A stretch of DNA of 48,333 bases from Atractiella rhizophila. Lineage: Eukaryota. This document shows, piece by piece, positions 1 to 13,193 of this stretch. The position numbers and the translations under genes were made by a program. The notes beneath the pieces are model-generated. The model made no database searches and was not told the DNA's origin. It was given only the letters and a program-made list of their open reading frames with translations. Position 1 is the first letter of the stretch, and every line of letters begins with the position of its first letter. Location: positions 1 to 48,333 of the forward strand of contig MU271537.1 in the NCBI GenBank assembly GCA_021432655.1, given 5' to 3'.

Positions 1-1498
1 CCGCCAGTAGCATCAAAATTTGATATTTGTCCAGCGCTTGACATCTCGAATTTCAATTGGGATGTCTTATTCGCCAAGCCATCAGTTTGGAGTCTCCCAG
101 CTATGAGCGTCAGTCTACAGTCAAAGCTCGAGCTTATCTCGAAGGGCACCACACCATCGCCGCAGGACATGGACCCTCGTTTTGCAGCAGCTAAAAGTTT
201 GGTGTCGCGGATCATGGACGAAACTGGATCCGTCCTGGAGGAATTGATCTCATCCCTTCCTATCGAAGTCTCTCAACATGTAGGTCATTCTCGCTTTATT
301 AGCTCCCTCCCTCACAATATTGCTAGGTGGCTCTCATCTGCCTAGGGTGGATGGCAGAGGCTGACCTTGAAGCATCCAAGTCCACTCAGCTTGAACGCAT
401 CCTGTCTCTCCTCATCCAATCATCTAAACTCAACCGCCCAACTCTAGTAAACCAATCAGAACCGGTTCTTTCAGCCTTCCTACAAGACTGGCAAACGAGT
501 ATGGCCTATTGGTCTAGCCCATGTGACTTGACACGAAATGGTGAGAACGTCAAGGCGCATCTAGCTCGACTGCTTTTGGTCTTCAGATGTGCTCCTCTCT
601 GGATGTGCCCGAACGGCAAATTGCTGAACAATTGCCTTGCGGACATATTCAAATGGGCCATTGTATGTTTTGCCATCTCTTTCTTCGAACTGTGGTTCAT
701 GGATGGGAACAGGCATGTACGCTTGAACCACAGCCATCTGATCCGCAATTTTTCGACATACTGGTGGACTGCATGCACACCATCCTCCAAGGTACTGTCT
801 CATGCTTTCCGCGGATTGGTGCTGGGCTGACAAGTCATGAAGATGCCGGCCCCCAGATGCGATCGCACGCTATCCATAGCATTGGTGCAGAATACCACCA
901 GGCTCGCGAGCAGCCACGACCTTTCCCGATGTCTGAGCATCATCATACGCGCATAACAGGTCTATTCCCCATTCCCATCAACGATCCCTTCAACCGGTAT
1001 CGGGTGTCGGACGATGGAGAGACATGCACGTCAGAAAGCCCTCTGATGGCGTGGGATCTGGTAGAAAACCTCGACCTAACGAATCGTTTTGTGACCGAAC
1101 CTAACCCGGTGCCTCCATACAATCCCACGTTTATCAACAACGGCTCGATTGACCTGTCCAGCTTTGGTGCAGTCAAGGTCGAACCGAACATGGCCATGGT
1201 CGCTCGTTCCAATCAGGGGAAACCAAACACTCGCAAAGGATTGCAGTCCAATTTCGACTTTGAGATACCATTCCGAGCCCAACCTACATGGGCAAGAGAC
1301 TTTCGGCGCTCTCGATTACCTTTCCCACTTCCCAAAGAGAACAAGATTCGACAGGGAACAACCACCGAGCTCGGGAAACGAAAACAAGCCCCAAAAGCTT
1401 CGAATGAAGTTCTCAACCCTGAAGTCCTCATTGGCTCGAAGAGCTCTGCCCAGCGTAGAGGTTCGGCGACAACTTCTAAAGCAAAAAGGAAACGTTAA
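1..1498 (+). CDS. MED12: 3' part of a large multi-exon gene, probably Mediator subunit Med12/Srb8 (5' truncated by window)
   Basis: ORFs 103-345, 327-830 and 587-1498 are joined by short GT-AG introns. The C-terminal 'MAWDLVENLD...NNGSIDLSSFGA...WARDFRR' and basic tail resemble basidiomycete Med12 C-termini (recalled, not searched). Stop TAA at 1496-1498. Confidence 0.5.
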
Positions 1499-1992
1499 AT
1501 AGTTTAGTGCCACGTGCTCGCATTTCGTATTGTGAACTGCAATCCATCAAGAACTTGAGAACTTGAGCAGTTTGTATTATTCATAGTCTGGCGGGGAATC
1601 GCATTTTCAAACATATTTTTGACCTTATCGTGGTAACTCTATGTCATGTCAATGTCAATACCTTTGTCTTGTAAAATAATGCCCATGTTTCTGTGGCTGA
1701 ATTTCAAATTATCCAGAAAAGTTCGTTCCACAAGGAGCGACCAACATCGCTGGCTTGTCGACAGCTCAAGTGGAAGCAACAGGTCCATCTGCATTCTTAC
1801 GACCCGAACGATCGCACGAGCATAGACCTTCCGAAACACGTTGAGCCCCCCCAGTTTCATGCGCCAGTTTCCCTATTCCAGGCTGATCTTGTTGTTATTC
1901 ATCACAGACTGCAGTTCCCTCTTGCCCATACTCACTAAGTCAACCGTTTGAGAATCTTTCCTATTTATCGCCTTGTGGCAAAAAGCGCGTCC

Positions 1993-4883
1993 ATGGACAA
2001 TTTCAAGTCTTCTGACGCCGCTCTGTATCTCCAAAATGGTCAGTTACAACCCGCCTTCGGCCCGTGTCACTGATGAGCTGACAGGGTGGCGAGAATCAAT
2101 GTCCCGAATGGTGGACTCTTCTCTCGCGGGTGAGTCGGCAAGCGGACATCGATCTAGTTCACAAGCTGACCAACGCCAGATAAACCCGACGTCTGGAAGG
2201 CTTCCACTTCTGCGAAAGGACCGGGAGCATGGACAGGTGGGACGGCACCTTGGTCAGCTAAAGGTTCGTAGACCTCATGTCGAGAAGTATAGGCTGACAT
2301 AAGATACATCGTGAACATAGCTGAAGAGCCCAAGTTTCTCAGCATGCTCTGGGATGCCTGGGATGCCAGTCGACATCAAGAACAAAGCATGCTAACTGGT
2401 TCTCCCTCGATGAAATCTGCGGCCTCCCCAGCTTCTTCCGTTGTCTCAGCTTCCTTCTCATCTTCGGCTTCGCACTGCACCACCTCATCCGCCGATACCG
2501 ATCTCGCTCTTCCCACTGATGCTCTGAACACCTACGCTTCCAGACCGAAGGCAGACCCTGTTTCAACCTATCTCGATGTTGATGGAACGAGTCGGCGATC
2601 CTCACTTCCCGCTGAGGAAGTGACAGCAACGCGACGGAACGGGCTCCATCCTCATTCTCGAACTGTTAATCACCTCGCGGGTGAGGATAGTTTAGCAGCA
2701 GTCTCGAATGAAGATCCTGTACGCGCAATCGACCGAAGTGAGGGAGAAGAGCATATCAGGGAAGTTGATAAGGTGGAGGACCGTCGACGTACGGAACAGG
2801 AATCTGAACTAAAACAGAAAGGCAGTCCTAAGTTAGAAGCGCGAATCGAGCAGGAAGAGCGATTGGTGGAGGAAGAGAAGTCGCGTGCGGAAGAAGAGAG
2901 GGCACAGAAAGAGTTGAAGAGACGGAAGAAAGAGGAGAAAGCCATAGCATTTGCTTTAGTTCGTCTTTCCCCCTTCGCCCGAACTAGAGTTGATGCGGAT
3001 CAATGGTAGGCTAAGAAGGAGCGGAAAGAGGAGAAGGAACGTCGGTGCGCATTAGTCTCCTCACTCGAACAATCGGTATGATATTCTGATGGCGGTTGTT
3101 TGCGACCAGGCGGCATGAAGAACTGCAGAAGCGACGAGAAGAAGAGGAGCTCAAGCTTCGAGCTGAAGCTGAGAAAGAGAATGAACGGCGTGCTGTCGCC
3201 GAGGCTGAACAGAGGTATACCCCTCCTTCTTGCTTCGTCCCTAAGTAGAAATGAAATGACGAGCTCGGTCTCGTTCAGGAGGAAAGATGAAGAAGCGGCG
3301 GCTCAGGATATTGAGCTTGAACTGATCTCAAATGCAGCGAACGTACGTACCTTCCTATTGTGCCTCTTCCTCCAATCTGTCTCTTCTTAGCTTAGAGAGG
3401 TAATCAGAACATGAATCTATCTTCGACTGGTCGATCGTACTTGGTGGACCCGCTCTCGCGCGAAATCGGGATTTCGAACAGAGGAGAGGAGGATTCGAGC
3501 TCAAAAATTTTCAATGAGCTCCAAAGGCATAGGTCGACTATGTTGCAGAAGAATGTTCGAGAACATGGGTTGGCCGTGTTCAATCCTAATGCTGAAGATC
3601 GCGAGCAGGTCCGTCCTCCCTCCTCCTCTCATGTCTGATCAATCTCTTTGCTGATTGAAATCAAGGCGAGGCTGCGAAGGTCTGTCCTCAGCAGTATCCG
3701 GTTTGTTGGGCTGACTTAAGGCTCCTAATTTAAGGAGAATTGAACGAGCCTTGAAGAATCATGAGGACAAGAAGATTGCTTCGAAGGATCTATCTGACCC
3801 TGCGTACGCCCTTCCATGTTCGGGAAAGAAACCTGTAATCACCGAGCCTGAACGTGTAGAAAATTGAAGGAGAAAGAACTTGCACGCGAAGGACGAAGAA
3901 AGGTGGAAAATCTCTCTAATCTTTTGTCATTTGATGACCGTCGAATATTACATCTAGGAATGGAAAGCGGCAAGCTCGCGCATTCATCAACGAGCAGAAC
4001 CGCCACGGTCGTGCTCAAAATGTGGGAAACCCGGTTCGGATGAGGTGAAGATCAAGATCTGCAAAGGCTGTTCGAGGAGAGGGTATTGTGTGCGCTGTTT
4101 CACCAACCATCCTGCGATGGGAACTGATTGATGGACACCGTACTGCACAGAGTAAAGAGTGTCAGCAGGCAGACTGGAAGAAGAGACACAAGGAGCAGTG
4201 CTCTGCGACGAAGGCGGTGAAGGAGAAGTCGGTGGAAGACATCCATGAGTGGTCCAAGGTCTGCTCTCCAATCCCTCTTTAACACCGCAAACTATTCTGA
4301 GGAGCTCTGGGTAAAGTTATACGACACTCTCCTCCAGAGGATTAGCGCTGTCGCCCTGAAGATCTACACTCCTCGTGCACTCAATTTGTCTTATGGCATT
4401 TGTATCACACTGTCCCCAGCCGTGCCCCTTTACCGCATCGACGATACGCCCCTAGCTGATCGCTACAAAGTTCTGTCTGCCAGCGTAGAAGAAGTCGTTC
4501 CTCTTAGCGAAGGTTTGACGCATCTGGAGCAACTACGTGCATTTCTTCATGGTTCATACAAGCTCATGCGACAGGGCGAGCCTGGATATGCCTTGCTCAG
4601 GATCCGAATACAACGGGAAGAAGGAGACCCGCTCGCAGGAGAGAGACTTGAACCAATACTCATGTTCAAGGTGAGGAAGAGTCAAGTGGCAGGGAAAGAG
4701 TGGTTAGATTGGTTGAAGACTGGAGTGCGGCGGAGGGAGATTGAGAAGTTGGACCTTGGGGACCTCTTCAGTGTTCTTCCCGAGACGGAAGCTTGGAGAA
4801 CCGCCGTCGCTGAGACACTTTGGAGGGATGCTGAGGATATGATGGACATAGCCCTCGATATAAGCGATGAAGGTGTGCAATAG
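1993..4883 (+). CDS. MYND-type zinc-finger protein with S-rich and E/K/R coiled-coil regions (many short exons)
   Basis: ATG at 1993 (MDNFKSSDAALYLQN...). Spliced CSKCGKPGSDEVKIKICKGCSRRGYC|SKECQQADWKKRHKEQC (4012-4201) matches the MYND consensus. The last exon is within ORF 4245-4883. Confidence 0.75.
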
Positions 4884-5276
4884 CAAATGTCAAGTAAAAA
4901 AGGAGAAACCCCTGGCAGTTTGCAGCCAATGGAAGGTTCCTCCCTTCTTTAGGGTGGTGGACCATTGGACTATTTAACAGCTTGTTAATGCATGTGGTAC
5001 CTTTCCTTACTATACAAGGACCACTAAAGGAGATAAATCGAGGAGACGTATCTGAGGAAGAAAGAGAAGAATTTGGTGGTTCAAGAACGAGTGAATGAAC
5101 GATGCTCTAATCTAAAGCGGAGGCGATCGAAGTGTACACTATGGTATTACTCTTCTAGGGATTAGAAATAGCTTCGAGTAGCAGCAAAAGACAAGCACAC
5201 CGTGAAAGGTGGTGGAAGACTCAGGGATAGGAAAGAATAAACAGATCAAAGAACTAATGTACCAACTGCGAATCAT

Positions 5277-8200
5277 TTAACTCCAGACCTATCAAACCTA
5301 TTAGCTTTCTCTTTTCCAGACGGAGTAAGGGACTCACATCAAGTAGTAATCTATTCCTATCTTTGAGGAGCTTCAATTCCTTCGCTCCATCCTCCCTTGA
5401 TCCTCCCTTCGCTTTGGCCAGAATTTCCTCAAACTTAGCCTCTACCTCTCGCGCCATGTGCCTGGCGTCACCACAAATATAAGCATATCCCTTCTTGGTA
5501 ACGAGCGCCTCTGCGATCTCGTCTTGCTTCTCATCAATGAGCTTCTGGACGTAGATTTTCGGCTGCCCTGGTTGACGAGAGAAAGCGACGTAGAGCTTAA
5601 GCTTTCCATCAAGCTCTTTGGCATATTCCTCCCACTCATCCTTGTAAAGGAAGTCATCATCTGCTTGTCGGCATCCGTAAAAGAGGATGACATTGCCTAG
5701 GCACGGCAATCAATAAGGCAAGCGAACAAAAGCCAAAGATATCACCCACCCCAATCTTTGAGAGCTCCCTCTCCATCCTTCTCCTTCGCTTTTCGTGCAA
5801 GAGCCACTCGTTCCTGAACGAAACCTCTGAAAGGCGCCACACCCGTTCCAGGTCCGACCATGACTACAGGAATCTTCGGGCTAGTGGGGAGTCTGAAGTT
5901 GCTCCTCCTAACATGAATCGGTACTCTCCAAGCACCCTCCTTGAAATACTTGTTCCTCGGACCCTCCAACTTATATCTTGGAGTATCCTCGCCTGTCGTC
6001 CTCGCATTATCTAACTGCGAGATTTCACCAGAGGCGGCCAGCTTCAAGTTGAGGAGATAGTTGGTTCCGACTCCAAAGATGTATTTCGAGTTCGGGAGCG
6101 GGTCCTTGAGTCCAGGGGAGTATTTAAGTACGACGGCCGTGACGTGTATCGAGTCCGGGTGGAGCTTAGGCGAGGAAGAGATGGAGTAGTACCGAGGTTG
6201 GAGGCGGGAGATGCCAGAGATGACTCTATCGAAGGGAACGTTCCAGACTGTGAAATTGGAGTTTTCGTCGTGGTAATCGCCTCCAGCGGCCATGATGAGA
6301 ACCTCGGCGATCTTGACCCTTCTCTGCCACCTGCTCATGGTAGTACTCCTTATTGGATCCCACCTTTTCTAGGAAAGCTCGCGCTTCATCGGTCGGTGCA
6401 AATTTGGCGAAGGAACCAATGGACTGTCGAGAGGCTAACGCGCAAATGTCGATGTAGTAGCGGATCACGGTCTCATACGTCGTGGGGATGGGGAAGGGAA
6501 CTTTAGCCAACGTAGGATCGAGCGGCTTAATATCAATGACAGTATGAGCCTTCTCAGTGAGACCAAGGACCTTGATCACTAGTAGAACAACCATCAATGT
6601 CATAAACTCATGAGATAATGGAACAAATCAAAACGCACATTTGTCCACCTCGTTGTCGGGATTAATAGGAAAGACTCCGACATGATCTCCAGCTTGGTAA
6701 CGAATGCCAGTATCCTTGATATCGAATTCAGCGAAGACGCAATTCCTGGAACTGTCGACAGAAAAGAGTTCCTTGACCTTGACAAGAGGAGAGGGATAAG
6801 GATTCTTCGCGTCGTACACTCCCCTTGAACCTGTGAGAGCGCGCTGAGAGAGTTCTCCAAGGAAAACCTTTTCTTCTTGAAAGTTCCCATCGGTTAGCTC
6901 TTGCACCTACACCATGGCCCGCGCTCTCGATAAGTAGCTATACCTGGGAAGAGAGACATAACATACGTCAAAGTCCGGAATGTCGCCACCTTGTCCCTCT
7001 TCGAATCCCATCTCTTTCTGAACAGCCTCCCACATCCCGTCCTTCCAAGCAAGATAGTCCTCTTCCATGCTTTTGTCATCGTCTCCTTCACCCCTCTCAC
7101 CGATCCTCTTCGCACCCAAAGCCGTCAAACGTTCATCAACGATACGTCCGATAGCACAGAATTGCTGCATTCACTCAATCAGATCCAAACAAGAAACGAA
7201 AGGAGCAGTGGTAAGAATGCATACTTCATATGTCCTATTTCCCAGAGCGAAGACTACGAATTTGAGGTTTGACAGATCTCCTCCCTTGGAGAATTGTGGT
7301 GAATCCTCTTTCAAGAAATCCATGAGCCCAATCGCATTGTCCGTCGGCTCTCCCTCTCCATAAGTAGCCATGACGAAAATGACGAGATGATCCTCTGGGA
7401 CGGCGTCGAGGCATTCAAAGTCATACCTGTGCCACAAGATGTTAGAATAGGCACACAAGGAGGAGACAACAGGAACTCACTCTTCGGGATCTGCGACCAA
7501 TGATGAGATACCGTACTTCGATTTGGCCTCTCTTGCTAACCGCGTCGCATAGTCCTCGGCGGTTCCAGTTTGCGAGCCGTAGAAGATTACGATTCGTTTT
7601 TTCTGTCCAAGAATCAATTGTCAGGCATCATCACAAAGACGGATCGACGAGTCATAAACCCTCTATCACTAGCACAGGTAGTCGATTGACTCATAGGAAA
7701 CCTTTCATTCGTTTGAGAAGCTTGCGCAAGCGAATGCACAGCAGCGGCGGCCTCGCAAGCCTGCGTATTCAAGCTCGCTATGAATGACACATCCACTCCG
7801 GCCACGGTCTACATAATCCAATGACTAGGAGGAGTGTTCTTGGCAGTCGGGCAAATTGTCAAGACGGTACTTCAGGAGAAAACGGTCTCCAGAAAGCTTG
7901 CACCGCGGAGGCTCGCGTGCGCGAAGGAATTCGGGAGAAGGCATTCTATGCCACTTCGCACGCTTGCAACAGCCTTGCAGGGGACTGAGAATAGATTTTA
8001 GGTGCTTCCACGCCTATCTAGAAGGACGAGGAGGTGTGGGACAGAAGCAATCCACATTCGAGACTTCCACGTCTCACCCAGTGCTCTCAACAAAGAATAT
8101 CAGACCTACCGCCTTTTCCATCGCCTCCACAAAGTTCCTACTGTCTCCTCCAGACACATCTCCAAGCTTATTATCCTTTCCAGTGCCCAACAGAGCTGCT

Positions 8201-8301
8201 GTTTTCTTGTCTGCGCTGCCTAAGTTGTCTTTGAAGAGGTACCAAAATCCGACGATTGCCACGATGGCGAGAAGGAACAAATCCGAGTTTGAGAGTGCCA
8301 T
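5277..8301 (-). CDS. NCP1: NADPH-cytochrome P450 reductase (CPR)
   Basis: N-terminal TM anchor; FMN motifs FYGSQTGTAEDYA, ATYGEGEPTDNA and FALGNRTYE; FAD motif LQPRYYSISSS; GPGTGVAPFRGF; YICGDA; C-terminal LLLD|VWS* with stop at 5279-5277. First intron is 8109-7603. Confidence 0.97.
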
Positions 8302-8978
8302 CTTTGCTCGCTCTACTAGGCAGCGAAATGAGCTGAGGTGGCGAGGGAAAGGGGAGTAGCGGTGACGGGATGGAGAAGACGGTCGATTATGAGGGACGGC
8401 AATCCAGCCTTTATTCCGGCCTGGAAAAAAAGTTACGCCCCCGGCTGAAATCCGCCAACAGTCCTGTGGCTTCGTGCCTTCGCTTTCTTACGGCGGCAAT
8501 CTTCAGCCTAAGGTCTTTAGTTATTCGAAAATGTATTTACGAACGGAAAGAGCATTATGATTTGAGGAATTTGGTATGTCACAAACAAGAATCAATCCTG
8601 CACCTTTTCAAGTCTCGAAATCCATCCATTGGTAGCTTCAAACGTTTCCAATCCTTGTAACAAGCATCCTAAACCATTCTTCTCCTCTAAATTCATCCAA
8701 CGCATGCTCCGTAGACGTATGAACGCAATGAGGCAAGCACAAGTTTCGAATCTCAAATCGAGGTTTCCATCAACAAGCCGTCCAGATCAACAACCGGGAG
8801 GAGAAGGTAGATAGGCAATAGAGATGCAGGCAGGAAAGCTCGAACGAAGCAGGATGACACAATATCGATAAAGAGATATCGTGGCTCCGTCAGTCGTCCG
8901 AGTCCGAATCTTGCCTCTCTACCTACTAGTAGGAGAGGTGTTGCGAATAAATCGTTTTTCCTTTGCCTCGAGAGTCCT

Positions 8979-11900
8979 TTAGCCATTGCTCTCGACCCTC
9001 TCCGGTCTGACAATCGGCGTCTTCAACTCCTCTTTCTCCCTTTCCCGATTCGCAACCATCTTCTCAGTAAGAGCGAGGAGCTGAGCCATCTCCCTCTCCC
9101 GTACAGCTTCGAGGTCTCGCATCCCTGCTTTAAGACGGAGATTTCTGAACAGACAAAGCAAGTTAGTAATCAACCAGAAATGGAGCAGGAGAATTTGAAA
9201 GACGAACCTGTCAAAGGTCACGAGGGCAACTTTAGCCCACGCTTCCTTAGAACCCGTCTGCTCCTCCGCTTTCACACCCAATACACGGCTTCGATCTCCC
9301 CAGTTGGTCTTATTGAACTCAACCGCTCTGAGGATGATATCGTCGATGTTCCTCGCTCTAGTCGTTGTGTAACCCTGATCATCAGTTTCCGACGTGAAGT
9401 CGAACTGCTCGACTCGGAAAGTGAGGTCGGAGAGGAAGTTGCCTTTCGAGGTTTGGATCTTAAGCGTCATCCGATGGGGTTTCATCGAGTTTTCAAGCAG
9501 GACAAGTGAGTCTGACGCCATTGTTCCGAGAGGAGGAGCATTTTTCTTCAGCCCTTCAAGCTCCATAACCACGGCCAGAGGGACGACAATGGTCCACATC
9601 TGAGAGGTGAGGAGGGTTGTGAACAAGGCCATGGACCCGAGGAAAACGTTGGTGTCAAAAACCAATGTCGTGTACCCAGGAACGAGCTGTAGAGTTTGCG
9701 GCTGTTGTTGACGGTGGCGAGGTCGAGCTGATGAGGAGGAGACGGAACGTTGGTTCCTGAGGATGGCGCGTAGTTCTCGTCGTCGTGCCTGTACTCACAA
9801 TCAGATCTGTCAGAGGGTAAAAGGGAATTCGACAGACCTTAAGCTCTTTGACCATGTCATCGTCCTCCGAATTTTCATCGTCATCTTCCTCCTCTTCATC
9901 AATGTCACTACCAACTTCAAGGAGCATGGCCTCCTCTCTCTCTCTTTCTCTCCTCCTCCTCATCTCCTCCTCGTCCTTCCTCCTCCTCTCCTCCTCTGCT
10001 TTCCATCCTCTCATCTTCTCCGTCAAGCTCTTAAGCACCACGAGGGTAGCTTTCTCCTTGTCCTTCGTATCTAGCACCAATCCAGGAACGCTTCTAGCCA
10101 ACCAATTGACGGTAAGAATGACCCTCTTCCACCTGATGGTTGCCAATTCCACAAACGAGGAGGATTCGCCAATCTCGACCACTCCGCCGCTGATCCAATC
10201 TTTATCACCATCGAAGGCAAGGACGTCCATCTCGCTCTCCGTGCTAGGAGTCAACCCTTGAGTTTCGCCGTCTTTTCTAGAACGAGGCTTCCAATATCCT
10301 CTACCGAACAGCGTCTTTCCGACCCATTCCATGCCCCTAACGCACCAATCTTCGGGCAACGGAGCGCCAACCAGCTTCTCAGGTGCATCATTCTTCACTT
10401 CCAAGCTAGGCGGAAGTCGCTTGTTGAAGAAGTCAATGAGACGAACCCAAGGGATCTGACGTTCGAGGGCGGCGAGGGCATGAGGATGCTTGGAAACGTG
10501 GGAGAGGAAAGTGAACATGATGGTGATGTAGGGACAGACGATAGTAGCTTGTCCAACGGAGCGCGTGCCGGTTTGTAAAAGGTGGGAAAGGATGGAGAAG
10601 GCAAGCTTCTGAGCGAGTTCAAACACAAGCGGAGGTTCATTCGTCCGGTCTTTCGAGATCGAAAGTCGCTTCACCACGTCAGCGCCATGCTTGGGTGGAC
10701 TTCCAGCGCTCGCACTCAAGCGCTCGTCATCGTCGGCTGAAAGACCATCTCGATCTGAAGCGGAGGAGAGATCAGCTGGTTCGGTCGTGAGAGGGTGCTT
10801 CGTCGCACTGGAATTCATGATGATGGCGGACGGAGCGAAAGTGGTCGAATTGGCAGTTGGTTTCTTCAACTCGGGTTCCTTATTCATCGCTTTTTTCAAG
10901 ACCCCATCTTCAGCTCCATACTGCATAAGCGCCGCAACATTGATGACACCCATCATGATCCACTCAACCTCAGAGATCGGCTTCCATCCTTCCGGTCGGG
11001 GCAATCCCTGCTCATTCTCCTTCCGAAGAATCACTCGATCCTCTTTCAACTTCTCTTCTAGTCGAGCAAGAGTGGCAGGGAAGTCGTCCAAGGCAATCTT
11101 GGTGAACAACATGCCGTGGAGCTTGATGAATAGGTCGACCTTCGACACGTCCGCGAAAGAACGGCGGGCTTGATTCTCCTTCTCGAAGAGGGGAAGAATG
11201 GACTCTTTTGCGCTGACGTACGGATGGGAAGCAGTCAAGCTAGAACTTGTTCAGTTACAGTGAATGCGATAACGGAAAGAGGTCACCTTCGTGAGTAATG
11301 GTAGAGAGCTTTTAACTCATCACCTTTACACAAGAGAGCAAGATGATGATGGAGTCTTCCTGTTCCTGGCATTTCCTTCAATCCCAAACCAAACCAGTAC
11401 CTCGCGGTGGTTCTCCAGGTCTCTTGCTCTTCCAGGTCCCAATCATTGAGGGCAGCCTCTCCAATACTAGCCCCATCCCTAATCATTCTTCCATCGACCT
11501 CGATCATGGCACTACCATCCTTCCCACCGAACGAAACATCAACCTTCTCCGGGGTTCTCTTCGCATTCTTTTTCGCGGTCACGGTAGCAGCCACCATCAT
11601 ATATCTGGCCACATCGCCCAGCTGCTCCAACCAAACGTTTCGAAAGACGGAGAGATCCACCTCGTCCAGCAGATGGGTTAGGAAACCGTAGGCGTAAATC
11701 ATGAAATCTCGGAAATGCTCGAGCACGTCTGCGCTGCCCTTTGGAGGCTCTTGCCCAGGTGGAGGGATGGAGTTGCGCATTCTGTGGAGGAGACGGTGGA
11801 AAGCGTTCTCCCACAGGCGTTGTGGCATCTTCTCTTTGTTGGGGATGGAATGGTAGGATGCTGGCGTCTGTGGGTTAAGGACCATGCGCATAAACTCCAG

Positions 11901-13193
11901 TTGAAGGTCCGCCAATCTGTCCATCCAACATGTCAACAACAAGGTAAGATCGGGATATCGAATGACTAACCTCTTATGCATCTCTCCTAACCTAACCCAA
12001 TATTCATCATCGTAAATCTTCCGACTCCCATCCATCCTAACCACCTGTCCGCCACCAGTAAGGATCGCGAATTTCTCCTTCCCTTCTGGCCTCTCTCTCC
12101 ATCCTCCCCCATCCACCTCCTTCTCCGCACGATCATGCTCCTCGTTCAACTTATTTTCCAGCGCCACGATCTCCTTAAGTTGCACCCTCAACTGATGGAC
12201 GAACGGATTGGCGACTTTAACTTCCCCATCCTCCGTCTCCCCATTCGTGCTGTTATCCTTTCCTCCCCTCCCGCGACTTCCTCTGCTCCCTCCGTCCCTC
12301 GTCCGCCTCTTCTTTTCTGTCCTCTCCCTCCCTTCCATAACGGTCGCGAGGGAGCCTACACTGCTCAGTCCGGCGACAGCGACGGAATGGAAGCTCGAAG
12401 TTCCAGAGACGGAAGAATGGGTCATCGAATTGATCGCACTGCCGATGGATCGCATTTCCTCCTCCTCAACCGACGTCGCACTCCCCGCACCCATCGTTCC
12501 ATCTCCCCTCCGTGCAAAACGGACGGGATCGTCCTTGTTCGGATCGAATAGTGTCTTTCTCGTTCCACCAATGACTCCACTCCCCGTCGAACTGGCTACC
12601 CCTTTTCTAGCGCCGGCAATAGCTCCACTTCCGGTTGAGCTCCCCAAGTCGTCTCTCTCTCCATATCCATGACCATGACCATGACCATGACCGTGCTGTC
12701 TCCCCGGCGGGTCACCCCTGGATCTAACCCTCTTATCGAGATTCGGGTTCCACAATATCCTACCACTAGCGCCGGCGTTCCCTGCAGACGAAGAGCCCCT
12801 ATCGAATTCAGCATCATAACGATGGCGTGAATACACCCTCTCTTGTTGAGAAACATGGCGACGAGTGCCAAAGTTGATAGATCCAGAGGCCGCCGAATTC
12901 GGAGCGCTACGTCTCGGACTAGCAGGAGCGGGAGGTGGGGACGTCCTTCGATCTCCTCTTCCACCTCTCTCTCTTTCCCTCTCCCGTTCTCTTTGCTCCC
13001 TTTCTTCCTCCCTCGCTCTTCGTTCCCTTTCTCTTTCTCGCTCCCGATGCTCCAACTCTCTCATTCGTTCTTTCTCCTCCTTCGCCCTCTCCCTCTCCCT
13101 CTCTCTTTCCCGTTCGAGAAAGACTACAGTGGACGGAGTGGCGGTCGACGAGTCGGTGGTTCGTGAACGCAAACTGTCGGATGGAGAGGACAT
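8979..13193 (-). CDS. Est1/SMG6-like protein: low-complexity N-terminus, EST1 14-3-3-like/TPR region, C-terminal PIN nuclease domain
   Basis: EST1 motifs WLEQLGDVARY and GRLHHHLALL..ALYHY. 'PLPEDWCVRGMEW' is typical of fungal Est1-like proteins. PIN motifs VFDTNVFL, VVMELEGL, NIDDIIL and LVTFD|RNLRLKA retain the acidic residues. Confidence 0.9.
12665..13112 (-). repeat. Low-complexity coding repeats: (GH)n and (ER)n tracts in the Est1/SMG6-like N-terminus
   Basis: (CCATGA)n at ~12668-12691 encodes HGHGHGHG on the minus strand. CT-rich tracts at ~12960-13110 encode ERERER. Confidence 0.8.

Noticed and set aside
11986..12000. CCTAACCTAACCC, telomere-template-like sequence within an Est1-like gene
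   Set aside because: It is antisense of the coding sequence WVRLG. No 1.5-repeat template was seen in non-coding DNA, so there is no support for a telomerase RNA.
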